From Sphagnum compactum (Eukaryota): DNA of 64,000 nt. The DNA lies in NCBI GenBank assembly GCA_965153455.1, contig OZ234493.1:6314213-6378212 (forward strand). Reading direction: 5' to 3'. Positions within the stretch are counted from its first letter, which is position 1; each line of letters begins with the position of its first letter. A model generated the notes under the pieces. It ran no database searches and was not told the origin of the DNA. It saw nothing but the letters and a program-made list of their open reading frames with translations. Made by a program: the position numbers and the translations under genes. Below are positions 39,701 to 52,824 of this stretch, piece by piece.

Positions 39701-41478
39701 TTTGTTTTTTGATTCCGTCTCTTTGATGACGTAGAGCCACTGACAATGGTGATGCAGTACAGCAGAGGTGTTGCACTTTGCTTTTTTGGCTCTCTTTTTT
39801 TTCGCTTTTTTTTTTTTGTATTTTAAAATCTTGCAGGTGATGTTTATGGCACAAAGATTAACAGATTCTCTGGGTCGGTTGATGACGCATGTTTTCCGAA
39901 CAGCACAGGTTTCTATTTTATTTGTTTTTGCGCTGGTAGTTGACTTGCAAACACGTACAAAAGGCAACGCTTGGTTTCTTTGCGAGACACTAAATAGGTG
40001 CAGGACAGAGCTCGCGGTTTCTTGTGGCGGGGAGGAATTCTTCAAAGGAAAAGCCCGTTTTATGGCTAGGTTTTTACACTTAGGGAGAGATTCTGAGAAC
40101 AAGGTAGTTTCCATTCAGTCCTACATTTTGAAGACTCTTCAGTTCAGTTGGTGTTACTGTGGACTCTGCATTCAATTTTTGGAAACTTCATGGATCATTT
40201 ATCTATTTTCACTCTTGCTGTGGGTTTACTACACTTCACTTGAAAGGGGCAAGGGCCATTACAAGATGAGCTACTTGTTTTATTTTATTGGCTCTGCACT
40301 TTAGTGATGCAACAACCCTGGAAAGCATTATTTTTGTAACACATTGGAGGTTTGGGAATTGTACAAAGAATAAGAAAAAGGAAAAGGGAGAATTTATAGG
40401 ATGTCAAGTTAGCTCAAACTAAATGTCAAAATATTTTCGTGTCAAAAACTATCATTTGTAAATAGGTTGGCTATATTTTTTCATGTCAAAAATCGACCAT
40501 CTATAATAGGTCAACTATGATGATAGGAGGTGTGTCCTAAAGGGGTGGAAGTCGGGAAATAGTCAAGCCTATGGCTATTGCCCGACTTAAGATGAAAGAT
40601 GTTTACATCTTTGCAAAGTTATTGAAAATTTTTGATAAAGAAAAGTAACCAAGATAGAAATATGAAAGCCTTTTGGTTTTTTCAAGCTCTAAATGGCATT
40701 GGCACAATCATGTTAAAACACATAAGCTTGTCTGCGTAAACATCCACATACCTCAATTGCTATAAGGGGGAATTGATTAGTGGGGTGTTGATCGCGATAG
40801 CTCTTTTCTTTGGTTTGAGCCGCATCGGAGGTAACAAATTCTTGGGTTGCACAAAATCGGGGAAATAAATTTGCTCACATTGGGTCGGTAATAACAACAT
40901 CAATTAGGGTGCAAATGTCATATTTGGTGAACATATTGTCAACTCATCAATGAAAGGAGTTGAACGTGATTGAAAGAAATGCATTTAGTTGGTTTTGTCG
41001 CACGTGGAAACCAACATTTCGTGTAATGGTGACAAAGGTGTCACAAATTGCATCATGGGTTCATGTGCACTCATTATAATGAACATAACATAAAAGGTGA
41101 ATACCATAAGGTCATTTGGATGTATGCACATGCATTGAAGGATACTTGAAATTTGAAGGACGGGGTAATCCAAGCCACGTTCGAAGTGTTATGGAAAAAA
41201 TTAAAAGATAATCGAAAGGTTGGGAAAAATGGTCGAATTGTAAACCAAGTGCCCTTGGTTAAAACATGATAAAATTTGAACATGATGAGCTTCAAATATC
41301 CTGTTGGAGAACATATGATGGTGTCGACACTCCAAGATGGAATTTTAAAATCAAATTATTTATTATTGGATGAATTGTTTAAACAAAGGAAAAACCCGCA
41401 TGAATGGTAGAAGATCACATGTTGTTTTAAGGTGTTATTGAAAAAGGAAGGTGTTGTTATCAATTCGTGCTAAGGTTT

Positions 41479-41935
41479 CTAGAAGGTTGCTAGTTGCTCA
41501 ACCATAAACCTAACAATTATGATTGAAGCTACAAATGCCCAACTCCTTAAAAAGGGTTTTGGGGTGATGGTGGTTGTGCGTATGAACTCGATGTCATTAA
41601 AAGTTATTGGGAGAGAAGCTTGTTTACAAACTAAAAATCCTTTTAGGTTATCAAAGGAGTTTAAACCCAGAAGGTGCCCAAACATTTGAAGAGAGGAAAA
41701 ATATAAATGAATAAAGGACTCTATGAAGGTGGAGAAAGGAAGTATGTATCGCAAGATATATGGTGGTTGTTGCAAGAAACAATGAGTTAGAATTTTAAAA
41801 GCTATCTAAACATCACCCATTTTTAAAAAAAGGTTCACATGTCAAACATCCTTTAATAAAACATCTTTAATGAAAGATTATGTGAATGATGAAGTGCCCA
41901 ATGGAACCCTTAAGACATTGGGATGAACCCCTAAA
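41479..41935 (-). mobile_element. Non-LTR retrotransposon RT/thumb fragment (CRE/R2-like), decayed
   Basis: Minus-strand VLRVPLGTSSF, AFKILTHCFLQQPPYILR and QASLPITFNDI...FLRSWA resemble the GVPLG and ASLPxxxGGLG...AFLGSWA blocks of early-branching LINEs. Confidence 0.55.
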
Positions 41936-41957
41936 CTGACCAAAGTCTGATGCTTCT

Positions 41958-42125
41958 ACATTCTAGGGTCATGTGGAGTCCACTTTAGAAACATTTCTAG
42001 CATACCTAAAAGGACCCACTTGAGCTTCACCATGCTAATCAACCATGACCATGTGTTTCCAATTTGATATGTTGAATATTTATCATCCTTATGGATGTCA
42101 TTTAAAGGGTAGAGCTACTATTGTA
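41958..42125 (+). repeat. Dispersed ~165-bp repeat; second copy at ~50721-50870 in ankyrin-gene intron 3
   Basis: Both copies share CTAGGGTCATGTGGAGTCCACT, GCTTCACCATGCTAAT and ATATTTATCATCCTTATGGAT. Confidence 0.8.
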
Positions 42126-43328
42126 TGTTACCGTAGGTCAAGCCACTTGTTTAACAAAGAGCTATCACCAACACAAATTTAGGTGCAAATGCAAGGCAAT
42201 GAGCTCCATGGAAATCTGCATGCCAGATTCCTGAGATGGGCCTCAATCTAGAAGATCAACAACATGGGTCCAGTAAATTTCTTGTCCCAAAAATGCGGTG
42301 AGGAAGATGTGGAATGAGCAAGGTATAACTCCAAACATGGTGGTTTTGTGAAAAGAACAATAGCTCTGAGCTGCATTCAAGAGATCATAACTTGAATCAA
42401 TACCCCAGAAATGTGTCAAATTAAAGGCTCTTCTTTTTCTCATCTTTTACCTCTGTTTGACAACATCACATTGAAAGATTACCCATGGTTTATATGTTAG
42501 AAGCTTGTGGAGGCTTCGCAGGTTGCATCATAAGCATGGTAATGAAAGACAGGAAAACTCTTCTACCTCTTGGAAGAATGAACTCATAGAAGAAGAAAAA
42601 CATCATGTGGTCTTTGCATTCTGGAAGCAGCCACAAGAAAGAGTTTTAGATGCTGGCTAAGAGATTGCAGGGACAGTTAGAAACCTCTCAGGAAGTAGGC
42701 ATTGGTGTGATTTGAGCAATTTGAAATGTCTCACCCAGCATGTCTTGTTTTCATCTCATCACCTTGACTGCCAATTCCTCTGATACAATGATTCAACACT
42801 CAAAACATCCAAAAATTTCTCCCGTCCTTTGACATCAACATGCAGATTGTTTTACACCTAAGGTTGGATGAACTTGATGCTTGCAGATGACCATTTGAAG
42901 TTTCTTTCCCACACAGTTGATTCATGTTTCAGGATAGGTCTCAATCGTATGCACCTTTTTCACTTCAAATGTGATGTCAGAGCGCAGGTTCAAAATCAAC
43001 CACTTCATGTCAAACCACTTTCCACACATGAAGGAATCCAAGTCAGTTTGACATAGAATTCAACTCCACTTCATATACGAAGGACAGAACAAAAGCTCTA
43101 CTCAGCCCACATCTAGGTACCCTCAACAAAGTTTTGTGACATACATAGATATATTCTCTACACAAGGTTCCATTCAGCAGCATTATCAGCTACTAAAAGG
43201 TGAGATAGGATATCCTATCTCCACAAAGTTGTCCTTCTACAATAGGATTGGGATGGTAGACTACCTAAGTTTAGCCCATAGCCTTCAGTTTCAAAAATAA
43301 GTGAAGACAAGGGGAGAGGAAAACTGCA

Positions 43329-43530
43329 TTCTCACAAGAAAGTGATGAAGAGTCATAGCTCTGTACATAACGAAATCAGCATTTGAGACAATCACTAGAT
43401 TACAGATTCTATAACTTGAGTGAAAGGGTAAGCTGCCCTCTCACAAGAAAGTGATGAAGAGTCATAGGTCTTTACATGATGAAATCAGTATTTGAGACAA
43501 TCACTAGATAGACTACAGAGATTCTATGAA
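43329..43530. repeat. Two-copy ~110-bp tandem duplication downstream of the MYB-CC gene
   Basis: TCTCACAAGAAAGTGATGAAGAGTCATAG...GAAATCAG.ATTTGAGACAATCACTAGAT occurs twice. Confidence 0.85.
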
Positions 43531-43912
43531 GATTTCCAGACAGGAAATAAGTGCTCTAATTCATACAAAGCAATACACAGCCTACATACAATATAAACAT
43601 TGGCACTACTGTTTTGAACTATGTTGATGAAACCCAATTCTAGCCATGCTGGATTATTGTACAGAATGTATACTTGTATTCATTCCTACCATTGAGGTGT
43701 TGTTCTATATTTTTGTCAACTACCTCCTGTAATGGCAAGAATAGTCACCAGAACCAATAAACAATTTTCCCCGTGCCTGTCTTTCCCACCATTGTAACAG
43801 ATTCATAAGACCAATACGGGCACATTGTGGGCACAAGAATCCAAAAGACACAAGAGCTATGGCCAAAAGAAAGTACCCTGTGGAGAATGTGAGTCAGTAT
43901 AGAACTTGAAGC

Positions 43913-46648
43913 CTAGTGTTTCCTCATCCCTGCACATGAAGTGGACAATTAGTGACTTAACTTACCATTCAGTTGCAAGATGAGTAGATGAGTGATGACG
44001 ATAACTGCAGTTGTGGATGCAAAGGCAAGCATCATTTCTTTCAAGGTGAAAGCATGTGCTAGCCCAAAGCCAGCCACTCTTGCTGGTTGATCCATATGCT
44101 GATTTCAACTTCAGTTCAAGGTTTAAAACAGCGCACATCATGCCTTTGTGAACTTTGATGTTTACCTGTAGATGCCTGATGCTCAGAGCTTCCAGACCCA
44201 CCTCCGCTGTCCTCTGGTTTCACGGTAAGGTTAGTGAGGTAGCTTTTTTGTGATGAGGTGTCAGACACACGGGAAAATTGGCGTTGTAGAGAAACTCCTT
44301 GGGAATTGTCTTCATGGGCTGAAGACAGGTTAGGCAGACCCAGAGAGGGAAAAGAAGGTCCAAGTGGATCTGTTATCACTTTGGATGCCAATTCTGTGAG
44401 CTCCACGTGTGCTGCTTCAAGTCCCGGTGCTGCCCCTGTATGGTTTGCTAAGGTTTCCTTGGCTTTCTCTAGAATGGATTGCAAATACTTTCCTTGGGCC
44501 TCAATCCGCAGCTGTAGGTGTCTTTGGACCTGCAAAACAAACAGAGGAGGAGGAAACCCTGTTCTGTTATCCTCACACGGCTTTCCATCCCACAGAATCC
44601 CACAGGATCAAGCTTTTAAATTTGACACACCACAAGTTTGTACAGCTGGAGTAATCAACATATCCTATGACCACAAAGTTGGTCAAAAGAGAACCTATTG
44701 GGGGGCAAAACAAGATACCTCAAGTTGCTCTTGCAATCGACGTTGGAAATCCACTTGCATGCGAATAGCCTCAGTTATTTGGATGCTCCTGTAACATAGT
44801 CATATTCATTTTAGTGCAGACCATGGTTACAAAGTAAAGATGGTATGAATGGTTAGAACTGTATTTTCATGCATGGCACAACATCAACAACAAACTACCA
44901 GACCCCGAAAAACAAACATCTTGTAGAAAAATACAGGAATTTTTTAAGAAACTCTAAAATTACAAACAGCTCTGTCATCTGAAATATCTCCTCCTTTTCC
45001 TCCTTTTCTCTACTCTAATCTTCTCTTCACATCTTTTCTCAACTCCATGTGATGTAATAGAGTAAAGAACTCCCACTAATGTTTTTCCTGTCTCTCTGAG
45101 TGGTTTTTCATTTTGCCTGTACTCATCCATGTCTGTAGTCCTACAGTATACCAAACAATGTACATGTACAAGTAGCTGACATCTGTAATTTATGACCCTA
45201 CTAAATGCACCAGACATGTGATGGGGAGAGATCTATGTCACATGCTCTGAATATTCAAAACCGCTATTCATGAACCTTGAAGACTTGTTAGGTAGAATCT
45301 TCTTGCAATGACTCGGGAGAAACGTTCACCTGTGCTGGAATGATTTTGTCATAACTACAGTGTGAAAAGTTGTGTAGTTGTACTATAAGAACAAATGGAG
45401 AGACAGAAGTCTGACATACTCTTGTGGGTTCTGTGACTTGGGTGTGACCATACTCTGACCGGAAGCAACATTTGCTCCTTGTCCATCAGAACAACCTGTG
45501 CAATAGGTCACAAAAGAGCGCAGTAACATATGAGAACAATCACACAGTACAACTGTGCACAACAATTCAGGCAAAGATTAAGGATTTCCTCACAGCATCA
45601 GCTGAGGAAATTACACAGAATTGCACTAAGAATAGACAACAGCAATATTTGCAGGTACTTCTGTCCTGCACACCAAAAGACATGCAGGGTTGTCAGAGAA
45701 CAAACAAAAAGAACTGTCCCTGCTTTCCAATACCACATACCATGAGGACCATCCTTTGCTTCAGGCACACTCCCCTCTCTATGGAGCTGCTTTCCAAGCC
45801 GGTACTTCTGCAAGGTCCCAGTCAGAAAAATCACATGAGAAGTTGCTGATCTATGCATGCACCGGAGCTTCTCAGACTAGATGTTCGAGAGATTCAACAT
45901 TTCAAATTGATGGTCAAGCAAGCACACAAAGAAGACATGAGAAAGTACACCAATCCATCCAAATACCAAGTCTCTTCAGCTCACCTATAGTCCTCTGAAC
46001 CCACAATTTTAACCCTTAGAGGAGAGAGCAAGCAAAAAGCACATGAACAGAGTAGCTTTCTTGTTCAGTTTTCAAAGCAATGGAACGAAGCTTCTGGTGT
46101 AGGAGGAAAAAAATGCAAGAGTAAAGGCGAAGTTAGTGACCTGGAGATGGCTTTTCAGGTGATAAAGTGTCAAGCCTTTCACTCCCATTACCCTCATCAC
46201 TGTTTTCGGTGTTGCCTCTGCAAGCAAACAAACCAACAGAATTGGAGTGGGAGGGACAAACTGAGTCAAATCTCTAGTGCTCTCATGTGCACTCATGTGC
46301 CCTCATGTGCACTCATGTGGAACGGCACCATAACACATGTTTGACACATGAGTAGATTGCAGATGTAAAACAAAAGTGTATAGTGGGAGAATAGCAGACA
46401 CACATAGACAGAGAGAGAGGAAGCTTACTGTCAGAGCCTCCAAGTTGCATCACTGCATCTACAAATCGTTCATGAAGTTCTGGAGTCCATCGTAAGCGCG
46501 GCTTGGGATCACCACCAGCAGCACCACCACCATCTCCAGACAGACTTCCACTAGCGTAGTGAGCTAACCTGTCTTGGAGATTTGAGGAGGAAGTTTGTGT
46601 TCGGTGAGGCATGAAGCCGGGACTCGTGTACTTCTTCATTTGATACAT
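43913..46648 (-). CDS. MYB-CC (GARP G2-like, PHR1-like; APL/PHL2-3-type domain) transcription factor. Exons 46648-46429, 46217-46141, 45807-45741, 45495-45420, 44788-44719, 44529-44166, and a probable last exon 43929-43913 (alternatively, exon 6 reads through to a stop at 44116)
   Basis: [59 protein letters not shown] (SHLQKY-class MYB) plus the coiled coil [41 protein letters not shown]. GT-AG introns are in phase; the 3' end is uncertain. Confidence 0.92.
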
Positions 46649-47691
46649 CCTTTTTATATAAATTTCTCCCCCAGCACTCGGAATCTCTTTACAAAAGGCG
46701 GTACTTTTAGATGACTACTTCTTCTTCTTCTTCTGTAACACAACTGCTGCTAAGCTGAATGTGAATGAATTGAAACTTCTGTTTGCATTTTTGGAATGGG
46801 TAGAGAGTGGTGCAACAAGCTCTGTAGTTCTTCACCATCTACAAGAACTCTTCCAAGCTACTATTAGTGTAAAATGATGCTTCTGGAGCTCAACTTTCGA
46901 TCTAAATCAGAAGCAAGATGAATAAATCTGGAAAGAAAAGCACACAGTAGTATAATCATAAAGCATCGCTGCCAAAACAACCGTCAGCATCCACAAGACC
47001 CCAGAAACCAAAACCTGAACGACAACGACGACAACGCCAACAAACCCCACCAAAAAAAAAAAACAAAAAAACCCCAAGAAATAAATAAAAACAAACAAGC
47101 AAAAGCGAAATCTTGACGGAATTCTTTTTTATACAAAATTTTAAAATTCGGCCGGACGAGGACGCACCGAGGTGTGAGGACGGAATCAAAGAAAATTTCT
47201 GCAAACAGAAACAAAAGAGGAAGAAGCAAAAACAAACCCAAAAAAAAGGGACGAACGTTGCCGACACACGCAAAGATTGAAGGGAAAGAAACTGCGTGCA
47301 ATGCGCAAAAAGGGGCGGAAAAAGATGAAAGAGAGAACGAAGAGAGGGATATTCGCACATTTCTGTTTCCATCCAAATCTTGTTATATCCTCCTCATCCA
47401 AGTGCGAGAGAGGGGGCGAGACAAAGAGAGACGCTGTAGTACACCTATTTGCAAACAATTGTCATACGAAATATCGTTTTCTCATCCATCAAGCAACGCC
47501 TGGATTTTTCCTTTGTATTTTCAGCTCCCTTACTTGCCTTAAGAAACCTGTTTTTAACAAGCAAGCGGGATCTTCCGCGGTGGAAGGTACCAGCCAGGCT
47601 GTACTGGGATCTGGTGACCAGCTGAAGGTACCAGCCAGCCTGTCACTATTTCTAAAAAGTGAAAATTTCCCAGCTCTGCTTTACTTAGAAA

Positions 47692-47796
47692 AAGGACCCC
47701 ACTACAGGCCCTTCTGTGATTTTCGACCTCTTCCCTCGGCCTACAGGCCTGGGGCACAGATCTCAAATCACAGAAGGGGCCTGTACTAAGGCCCTT
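47692..47796. ncRNA. Candidate pre-miRNA-like (or MITE-derived) fold-back hairpin
   Basis: TACAGGCCCTTCTGTGATTT (47703-47722) pairs with AAATCACAGAAGGGGCCTGTA (47765-47785) with one bulge. The stem extends imperfectly outward and inward to a GGCC-TACA-GGCC terminal loop. Confidence 0.45.
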
Positions 47797-48202
47797 CCCC
47801 TTTACAAAACTCTCTCATCCATGTAGACTCTACGAGCCTTTTGCAGCCAGCGTTGCTTATCGTTTTTACCTACAGTCAGTGAGTGGGGCTCTTTCTATGC
47901 ATCTTTTGAAGGGGTTTGATTGTTGAGTGAGTGAGTGAGTGAGTGAGTGAGGGGCACAACACTAGTTAGAGATATAGTGTAAAAACTAAAAGACAATCTA
48001 ATTGATTTTGCTAGCTTGAAAATCCATTGTGTTGTATTTGCCATATGTCCAAAAGTGAAAGAGCCCACTGCTGAGATTTGACCAAACTTACAATGTAAAA
48101 TTCTAGAGGTGTTATAAAATAATAGAGAAAAAGATGTTTCGAAAAATGGAATTAGCAGGTGTTCCTTGCACTTTCTTTGCAGCATTGCCATTATAGATGA
48201 AT

Positions 48203-48203
48203 A

Positions 48204-48247
<44 letters not shown>
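48203..48247. repeat. Compound microsatellite (TG)n(AG)n; a (GAGT)n tract lies at ~47924-47949
   Basis: Seen directly in the sequence. Confidence 0.9.
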
Positions 48248-49209
48248 CAAGTCCTTATGTTGTTGCTTCAAGTGCTGGGGAGGGCTCTTCTTCTTTTAGA
48301 AAGTGGGCTTTTATGTGTGTGTTGTCTTTCAAAGAGGTCAATTTGTGAGTTTTTCATGCATCTACTACCGGATATGAGATTGTTGGCTACACGACGCTCT
48401 GATGTTCAGAGTGTGTCTCTCTCTAACCAAGATGGGACTGAGATTGAGGGTTTTAGTGTAGTATGAAGCATTTGAAGGTTGTTGCCCCTGGCAGCAATCC
48501 ATGGAGCTGCATACAAGAAAACAATCTGGCTGAATGTCATAATCACCTGCAGTCAGGCCAATTGCAATTGCTAGAGTTAGAATATGGGAACACCCAATAA
48601 CATCAGAAAGTGTTGGAAACAAATGATGAAATATGGCATATCAACAGAGTCAAGGGAAAGGCATTCTGGTTACATTATAAGCGGTTTGAGCATACTCCCA
48701 ATTGGCAAATCCAAAATTCAGAGATAATTTGAAATCAAGCAGCAGCCTATTCATCGAACAAAAGAACTGACTAAAAAGCCAGTTTTCTCAAACTTCCATC
48801 AAGAGCTCCCCTCCTTTCCCTGTTTTCCAGCAAGCTTTACCAGTGCAAATGGCACTATGCCTTAAGAGAGCATCTCCATCGGCAGCACACTGCACAGCAT
48901 GTTTTGGATGAAGATCAATAAAAAATTTGCTTGACAGGCTCAGTAAAATGGCTTTGGCTCAACATTTTTGCACAATATGCTTGAGGGCTGGCAAACGCCG
49001 CTGCACGGTCTAACACCCACTCTTGATTGGCCAGATATATCGTTTGGTCCAGGTGGTTTGCTATTAGTAGGTTCCGATCATCCAGTTTACGGAACTCCAG
49101 GTCGCGCGTTGTTTGCGACGAAGAGCAGGAGGATATCTGGTTTGTAGTTTTGCAACGAAAATCCGGCGCATTGTTAGGGTGTTTTGTTGCAGAAGAGAGG
49201 CGAAACGGC

Positions 49210-52200
49210 ATGGGGCTCGTAATGGATCTAAGCGAGGAAGAAAGTCCGGATACCACCACGGCTCTCCACCAGGACGACTTCCTTCAGGTGTGAACTTCTT
49301 CTTCCCTCCCATGGTGACCCGGTAAGAACATGCACTGAAGTCCTCCGATGCTGAAACATATGTCTTGCTCATGTGCGCAGGATTTCAATTCTCTGTTTTT
49401 TGTAGTTTTGAAACTGCTTCTTTCTTTTGTTGCAAGCGCTAGTAAGCGCATGAAGAAGATCAAGATGGTATCATACATGCGTTTGTGAACAATGATGCTG
49501 CAGGCAGCCAGATACGGAGATTTGGAGGATGTTCGGGCTGGTCTAGCTCAGGGCATTTCTGTAGATTGCCAAGATGTACAAGGCCGCACAGGTAAACAAA
49601 CAAACAAACAAACGCTTAGATCCGAAAACTTCACACAACAGGAACCTAGCAAAATGCTCAGCAGAACCTGAAACCCTTAGAGTCGAAATCTGCAACTATC
49701 AAGCGATCTAGATAGCAGTTTTTCACATCAAAATTGGACCAAAGCTTTGGTTTTTTTTACTGTGCCTTTGGAATCTTCAACAGGATTATTTCCTGGATTT
49801 CATTATCCTCGGTGTGGAGCTTTTGAAGCCCTCTTTGGTCTGCGAAAACATCATGCTCTTAATGTTTTTCTTTGTTTGTTGTTGTTTCTCTATTCCTCTT
49901 CCCCTTTTGCCCGTTTGATTCTTTCTCTGGTTTTCATTCCTTTTTTAAAAATTCCTTGTTCTTGGTTTCCTTGGGTCTTGTCCTTCTCTTTTCTGTTTTG
50001 TTTGGGTGCAGCCAGCCAGCATCATGGCTGAGTCTTCCAAATACTCCCAGTCTGGTGGTCCAGAAACTCAATATGTTAGTTAATGTATGGTATCAACCTC
50101 CACCAGATCACTACTGCTGAGAGCTGATGAAATCAGTGCAAGTGTGAATGTTTTGGTAGCTTGTCATGACCATACTTATTGCTCCAGTCACTGAGAATGT
50201 GGGTGACTGTCACTATTGTGTAACATGCTCATCAGTTGCTTCTGTGTGTTTTAGGCTTGGATCTCCTGCTTTTACTTCACCAGATCTGAAATCTTTAGTA
50301 TACAGGACCTGTTTTCCAGTGAGTCAGAGGTTCTAGAACAAGTTTGGGTTGATGGATTCTACTCACACAATTGCACATTCTTCGAGCACAATCTAGGAGT
50401 AGTACAAGAGTTTGAGCCTTGTATTGACAGATTAGATCCTCCCTGCCAAGTGTACTTGTGGATCTTGCTGCACTTCATCAATACTCTAGTGATGTGTGTA
50501 TGTGGTGGGGCGGGGGGTGTGTGTGTGCAGCTCTTCACATGGCAGCAGCCAATGGGCATCTGGATATTGCAAAGCTTTTACTGGATCATGGTGCTGTAAG
50601 TATTCTCTCTTTTCTGGTGAAATTCGATGTGCTGCAATCTTCTCTCAGTTTTGTTGGCTCTGGCCTTCAGGGTAGAGACATTGGGATGCACCAAGAAACG
50701 TGCCAAAGTTTGGTATCCATACATCTAGGGTCATGTGGAGTCCACTATAGGAACATTTCCAGCATAACTGAAGGATCCACTTGGGCTTCACCATGCTAAT
50801 GTGTTTCCAATTGAGTATGTTGGATATTTATCATCCTTATGGATATCATTTAAAAGGCAGAGCCATTATGTGATAAGCCGTGTGTTTTCCTCATATCCTC
50901 ACCTAGTTGTGGAAACTCACTGTAAAGTGCACTTTAGGGTCCCTAAATTGGACTCTCATAGGTTATGACTCCACTCATTGTTGTGATACCTTCAATGTGT
51001 GTTGTGGAGATTTCTTTGCAATCAGTGGCTTTAGCAGATGTTTTACATCCAAGTAGTCACTAGTGGTGTGCTAAAAAAGGATATTCTCAGTCTGCAGGAG
51101 GCCTTTACCACTACCTTCTACATTGGCCTCGCTATGCCTTGGGCTTACATGCTTGCTTGTAGAGGGATGACAAGCTAAAATGAAATGAAGCTTACCCTCA
51201 CAAGTGTGTTGCAGCTTGAATGAGGATAGTACTAATTTTTTTTTAGTAGCTATGTCTCCTGAGTGCTAGTCAACACTCATGACTGAGTTGTCCTGTTGCT
51301 TCCAGAAATGTGACAGAAACTCAGGACGCAGGTTTTTTGCATTGGGTTTCCCCAAATTTGGCCTGATTATTATGTACTTGTCTACACCACTGTCAGGAGC
51401 TGATGAAGTCAGTGGGTAGTCATGGCAGCTCGTCGCTGCTGTTTGTGATGAATGTGAAGGTCTGACACTTTGTGAATGACCCTCATAGGCTATTATTATA
51501 ATGACTTGTTGTGTTACCTTCAATGCGTTGTTGTGGAGATTTCTCAATAATCTCATACATATGATTTTTCCTTGGCCAGGCACAATGGCAATGTGCAAGG
51601 ACTAAAATTCATGCTCATGCTCATAGTTGTTATCCTTTCAACTGTGGTGAATAAAAGCTTACTGTCTGAGTGGAATGAAATGACCCCGCAATACTTGGGA
51701 GACTCTAGTGTTAAGCAAGCTTTTAATCTCTTGAGGTTCAGGTTGTTTCTTTTGGACCTTGCAAGTTGAAACTTGAAACATATTGCATTGATGATGCATG
51801 CAGGGTGCAAACAGTTGCAACATGGAGCAGAATACTCCTCTTCACTATGCAGTCCTCAATGGACAAAAACAGGTCTGCTACAATACTCTTTAAGGATCTC
51901 CTTCAACAGCCAACAGTCAATATTGATAGTATCTTGTACATTTTAGTTGTGTTGAATCTCAGAAAACTTGGTCCCTCATCAGAGGGTCAAAGATTGCATG
52001 TATTCAATTGTCAGTTGCCATGAAGTGTATTGAAAATTTTCAAATTGTGCAGGTGGTCGAATTGCTGATTTCTCAGGGGGCAAATGTCTCTGCAGTCAAT
52101 AGGTGAAATTCTGAATCCTGATTCTATCTCTTTCCACCTCTCTCTGCTGCTGCTGTGCTAAAACCCCAGTTGCTGAGTTTCAGAGGAGTTTTGTATCAAG

Positions 52201-52824
52201 GAAGTTCCACTACTGCATTGAGGGCCACTTAAGATGAGGGTCCAAGGACCAAGGTCCAATGAAATAGAGCACTCCTATTGGATGAGAGCCATAAATTGAA
52301 CCCACATCCTCTTTCTCTGCTCAAATTGGGATATGTAGTCTATACTCACAAGGGTTTAGCAATGATAAAACTTATGAGTACAGACCTTTCTTTTGTTTGG
52401 TCCCAACTAGATGATATGGGTCTGTGGTTTGATATTTACAGCAACATCACTGAAAGATAGGGCTTAGGCTGAAGACTGCATTGTGAACAGGTTTGTGTAG
52501 AGTTTGGTGGAAAGCTATCCTTTATTTTGATGCAAATTAAGAGGCAATTGTACAAATGGAAGTTTTTACTGGCTTATTCTTCATCAGGAAGTTTCATTTG
52601 AGCTATGAATATGTGGATGCCAGAGTTTTGTAAGAGAGAGTTTCAATTGAACCAGGAGTGTGATGGGGAACTTTCATGGTTTTATATGCAGGTATGAGCG
52701 AACTCCAGTGGATGAGGCAATTAGCAAGGGTGACAATTCACTTGTTGAATATATAAGTCGATCTGTGCCTATTCCTGAGCAACCTGAAGGCACACAAGAC
52801 AGCACAGACATGGATGAATCTTGA
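49210..52824 (+). CDS. Small ankyrin-repeat protein (YAR1/At5g12320-like). Exons 49210-49287, 49504-49591, 50531-50595, 51804-51872, 52053-52102, 52692-52824 (start could also be the ATG at 49222)
   Basis: Spliced product: DDFLQAARYGDLEDV...DVQGRTALHMAAANGHLDIAKLLLDHGAGANSCNMEQNTPLHYAVLNGQKQVVELLISQGANVSAVNRYERTPVDEA. All introns are GT-AG and in phase. Confidence 0.9.

Noticed and set aside
39768..40304. 178-aa ORF and adjacent exon-like segments
   Set aside because: Non-ATG start in a poly-T tract, no recognisable domain, and adjacent to a decayed hAT. Cannot be supported as a gene.
43329..43530. Possible tandem C/D-box snoRNAs (GTGATGA C-box-like motifs)
   Set aside because: No properly placed CTGA D box or terminal stem, and no recognisable rRNA guide sequence. 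Treated as a simple duplication.
44258..44794. 178-aa plus-strand ORF
   Set aside because: Antisense shadow of the MYB-CC exons.
46907..47789. Several overlapping 120-170-aa ORFs
   Set aside because: Low-complexity F/K-rich translations from the A-rich 5' UTR/promoter of the MYB-CC gene.
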